Source: an uncultured Clostridia bacterium
GTDB taxonomy: Bacteria; Bacillota; Clostridia; Oscillospirales; CAG-272
Direction: 5' to 3'
Assembly (NCBI GenBank): GCA_947367285.1
Contig: CANBDB010000002.1
Coordinates: 1 to 33,309 of the forward strand
Length of the DNA stretch: 33,309 bases
The notes under the pieces are model-generated. The model saw nothing but the letters and a program-made list of their open reading frames with translations. It searched no databases and was not told the origin of the DNA. Position 1 is the stretch's first letter; the number at the start of each line of letters is the position of its first letter. Below are positions 31,362 through 33,309 of the stretch, in pieces. The position numbers and the translations under genes are program-made.

Positions 31362-31856
31362 TTATTGAGCCAAAAGTGCATAGAGCCTGCTCCAGTATTT
31401 TATAGGATCGCTTTCGGTATCAACAACGCGCTTCGCATAGACTGCACCTACTTTCAAATACGAAGGCTCTGCATGCAATGGCAGCACTTCACAAGTTCCT
31501 TGCGTTATCCCATACTGCTCAATAATCTCATCGGATACCTGCAGAAACGACAGGCAGTGATTGACATCAGCCAAATCGACAAACTGTTGAAAGGCTTCGA
31601 TTCCCATTGCCTTAACAATAGCACTTTTGGCGTTGCATGTCCGCCGTGCGGCATACTCAATTATTGATGCTGTATAGTATATGTCGTCAAAATAATTTCT
31701 GTCCATTCCGCGGTGGCTTGCTCTTTCGTATTCCAGAGCCTCTTGTAATGCATCCATTATCTGCTCGTAGGAATCGACATTAGCAAAATTTGCTTTGATT
31801 TCTTCTAACGTTAAAGAAGATTCGAACGTCAAAGCATTTTCAGTCATTGCTGTCAC
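31362..31856 (-). CDS. Hypothetical protein with a DUF3791-like core
   Basis: 164 aa, SD GAGGTG. The segment IIEYAARRTCNAKSAIVKAMGIEAFQQFVDLADVNHCLSFLQVSDEIIEQYGI resembles DUF3791 proteins. This is a tentative assignment from memory. Confidence 0.55.
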   Translation of the reverse strand: MTAMTENALTFESSLTLEEIKANFANVDSYEQIMDALQEALEYERASHRGMDRNYFDDIYYTASIIEYAARRTCNAKSAIVKAMGIEAFQQFVDLADVNHCLSFLQVSDEIIEQYGITQGTCEVLPLHAEPSYLKVGAVYAKRVVDTESDPIKYWSRLYALLAQ

Positions 31857-31937
31857 CTCTCAACCATATAGCTCCCACATGGAGTTACCTTACGCCACAT
31901 GCAGGCAGTTTCCGTCCTTACTGCTGCAGTGTAACTG

Positions 31938-32705
31938 TTATGACAGCTCATCATTTGCCCCTCCATTTGTTTTGGGTTCAATCATCTCCTCGGAGTAAAA
32001 CTCCTTACCATCATCCAGACGCAAGCAAGCCAGTCTGCCGTATTTGCTGTAGTAATCATCAAGGTCCTCTGGAAATCCACTCCCACAATCAATTCCAATC
32101 CGGTTATCATCGTACCATATCTCCATGGGGATATGGGCATAATAGTTCATGGTAGGTGTATGATCAAATACCAGCGTATAGTCGCCATGGTGTTTGTCTA
32201 ATGGCTGCCAGCGTTTACATACAGAAAACAAGGTGGGATCTCTATAAGAGTGACGGAAGTATTGGTATTCCTCCACTGGTGCGGCGTGGACCAGTTTGAA
32301 GTGCGTTCCGTTAACTTCTACATCATAATTTAGAGGCAGCGAGTGCAGATACTGGATGATATCTTCCCGAAGATCTTTGCGAATGCGCTTCCAATATTGG
32401 TGCGTCACTCTGCCGCCGTTGCGGTACCAAAACCGGGTTGCTTCAGCAGTATCCAGATCACTCAATTTTTCGTAAAAATCATAGGGACGGTTTAGGGCAC
32501 GAAGCATCATATACTCGTGGTTTCCAAGGAGCATTTTTACATGCGGCATAGACATGATTTGTCGTAGGATGCGGATGCCATCCGGGTATCGATCAATCAC
32601 ATCGCCAAGGATGTAAAGCGTGTCTTTGGGCTGAAGATCAATCTGTTCCATGATGGAATTAAACCGGCGCATATTTCCGTGTATATCTGACATCACATAG
32701 GTCAC
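31938..32705 (-). CDS. Calcineurin-like metallophosphoesterase (PrpE/ApaH-like Ser/Thr phosphatase family)
   Basis: SDIHGN, GDVIDRYPDG and GNHE motifs in canonical order. The start is ambiguous: GTG 32705 (9 nt after GGAGG), ATG 32693, or the ORF-track start 32735. Confidence 0.85.
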   Translation of the reverse strand: MTYVMSDIHGNMRRFNSIMEQIDLQPKDTLYILGDVIDRYPDGIRILRQIMSMPHVKMLLGNHEYMMLRALNRPYDFYEKLSDLDTAEATRFWYRNGGRVTHQYWKRIRKDLREDIIQYLHSLPLNYDVEVNGTHFKLVHAAPVEEYQYFRHSYRDPTLFSVCKRWQPLDKHHGDYTLVFDHTPTMNYYAHIPMEIWYDDNRIGIDCGSGFPEDLDDYYSKYGRLACLRLDDGKEFYSEEMIEPKTNGGANDELS

Positions 32706-32792
32706 GCAATCAATCCTCCTTCCACTTCCGTACATACTTTGAAGGAATCAATCTTCCTATCATGTATATTTCTTATTATTTGACCCGCTCTA

Positions 32793-32984
32793 TTACAAAA
32801 CTGTTGCTGATTCCAAATACTTTTCGAACAGCTTGCGCTTGATAAGCTTTTTTGTTCCTATATGCAACACAAAGGGACAGCTTGGTTGGGCCACGATATC
32901 CCTCAACCGGTTAGTACCGATTCCGGAGTATTTAGCGGCTTCTTCTATTGTTAAGTTTAGCTTTTCCCAGATTGGCACTTCCAT
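32793..32984 (-). CDS. Excisionase-family HTH (HTH_17) DNA-binding protein
   Basis: 63 aa. LTIEEAAKYSGIGTNRLRDIVAQPSCPFVLHIGTKKLIKRKLFEKYL is typical of Tn916-Xis/AlpA-like proteins. SD GGAGG. Confidence 0.75.
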   Translation of the reverse strand: MEVPIWEKLNLTIEEAAKYSGIGTNRLRDIVAQPSCPFVLHIGTKKLIKRKLFEKYLESATVL

Positions 32985-33309
32985 ATTATTCCTCCATAAA
33001 CTTATTCCTTCGACATCCTCTGCAAGTAAACAGTATCCCTATTTTCGTATTGTGACGAATTGGTTGTCTCCTGTTTTTAGACACATATTGCTTGCGAGAG
33101 GGTTGGATCAATCTCCTGCAGCGGTCACACTGCCGTTCTACAGGAGATTCTTTCTGCTCCTTGAACCTAATTGTATTATTGATGAGGGGCAAATTTAGAT
33201 ATGGAAAGAAATATTAGAACAAAAAGATTTGCTGGCGCATTGTAAAATGAACCTGCAATAGAGACAACAAAATATCCATAGTGACGATCCAGTGGTAAAA
33301 TTAAGCTAC

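Noticed and set aside
32986-33192. 68-aa basic ORF with two CxxC pairs upstream of the Xis-like gene
   Set aside because: It starts at TTG with no SD and has a very Arg-rich, low-complexity composition. It could be a small zinc-ribbon protein, but the support is too weak to annotate.
1-33309. CRISPR arrays, rRNA genes, group II introns, retron RT/msr-msd
   Set aside because: I scanned by eye for regularly spaced direct repeats, RT motifs and domain-V-like hairpins and found none. The only tandem repeat is the 30-bp coding repeat at 26069-26185.

Overview
This 33.3-kb window is a mosaic accessory region. The protein families and GGAGG-type Shine-Dalgarno sites suggest a low-GC Gram-positive, Clostridia-like chromosome (inference only).

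Layout, left to right:
1. An IS110-family insertion sequence (transposase 249-1442 plus a structured non-coding end), followed by two small genes (EamA-like transporter, YolD-like protein).
2. An island of about 17 kb (roughly 2.7-19.9 kb) that ends in two tandem tyrosine recombinases. It has no conjugation or virion genes. Its cargo is mostly regulators and envelope proteins:
   - XRE and AbrB regulators
   - a sigma-region-4/RpoA-alpha-CTD fusion interrupted by an in-frame TGA
   - two paralogous sigma/anti-sigma cassettes with lipoprotein and membrane genes
   - a WYL regulator and an XRE/ImmA pair
   - a Cys-rich zinc-ribbon protein and a sigma-r4 protein
   - a MazF toxin with no MazE, preceded by a 435-nt highly structured non-coding region
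   - an excisionase-like HTH protein
3. A third sigma/anti-sigma pair on the minus strand.
4. A tRNA-Pro(UGG) integration hotspot: one intact tRNA plus two identical 40-nt 5'-half fragments, each associated with TGGTCAA direct repeats.
5. A C-protein/HNH/large-methyltransferase restriction-modification locus.
6. A GC-rich gene for a small His/Met/Gly/Pro-repeat membrane protein.
7. An XRE switch with TCACTA operators.
8. A visibly GC-richer FmdE + FecB/C/E-type ABC importer operon.
9. A fragment of another element (excisionase-like HTH, metallophosphoesterase).

I saw no CRISPR array and no rRNA.

The strongest candidates for something undescribed are:
- the antitoxin-less MazF with its structured leader
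- the 32-bp promoter repeat linking the WYL regulator to a sigma/anti-sigma envelope operon
- the sigma4-alphaCTD fusion gene
- the tRNA-Pro 5'-half scars

All functional calls come from motif recognition by eye. No database search was run.
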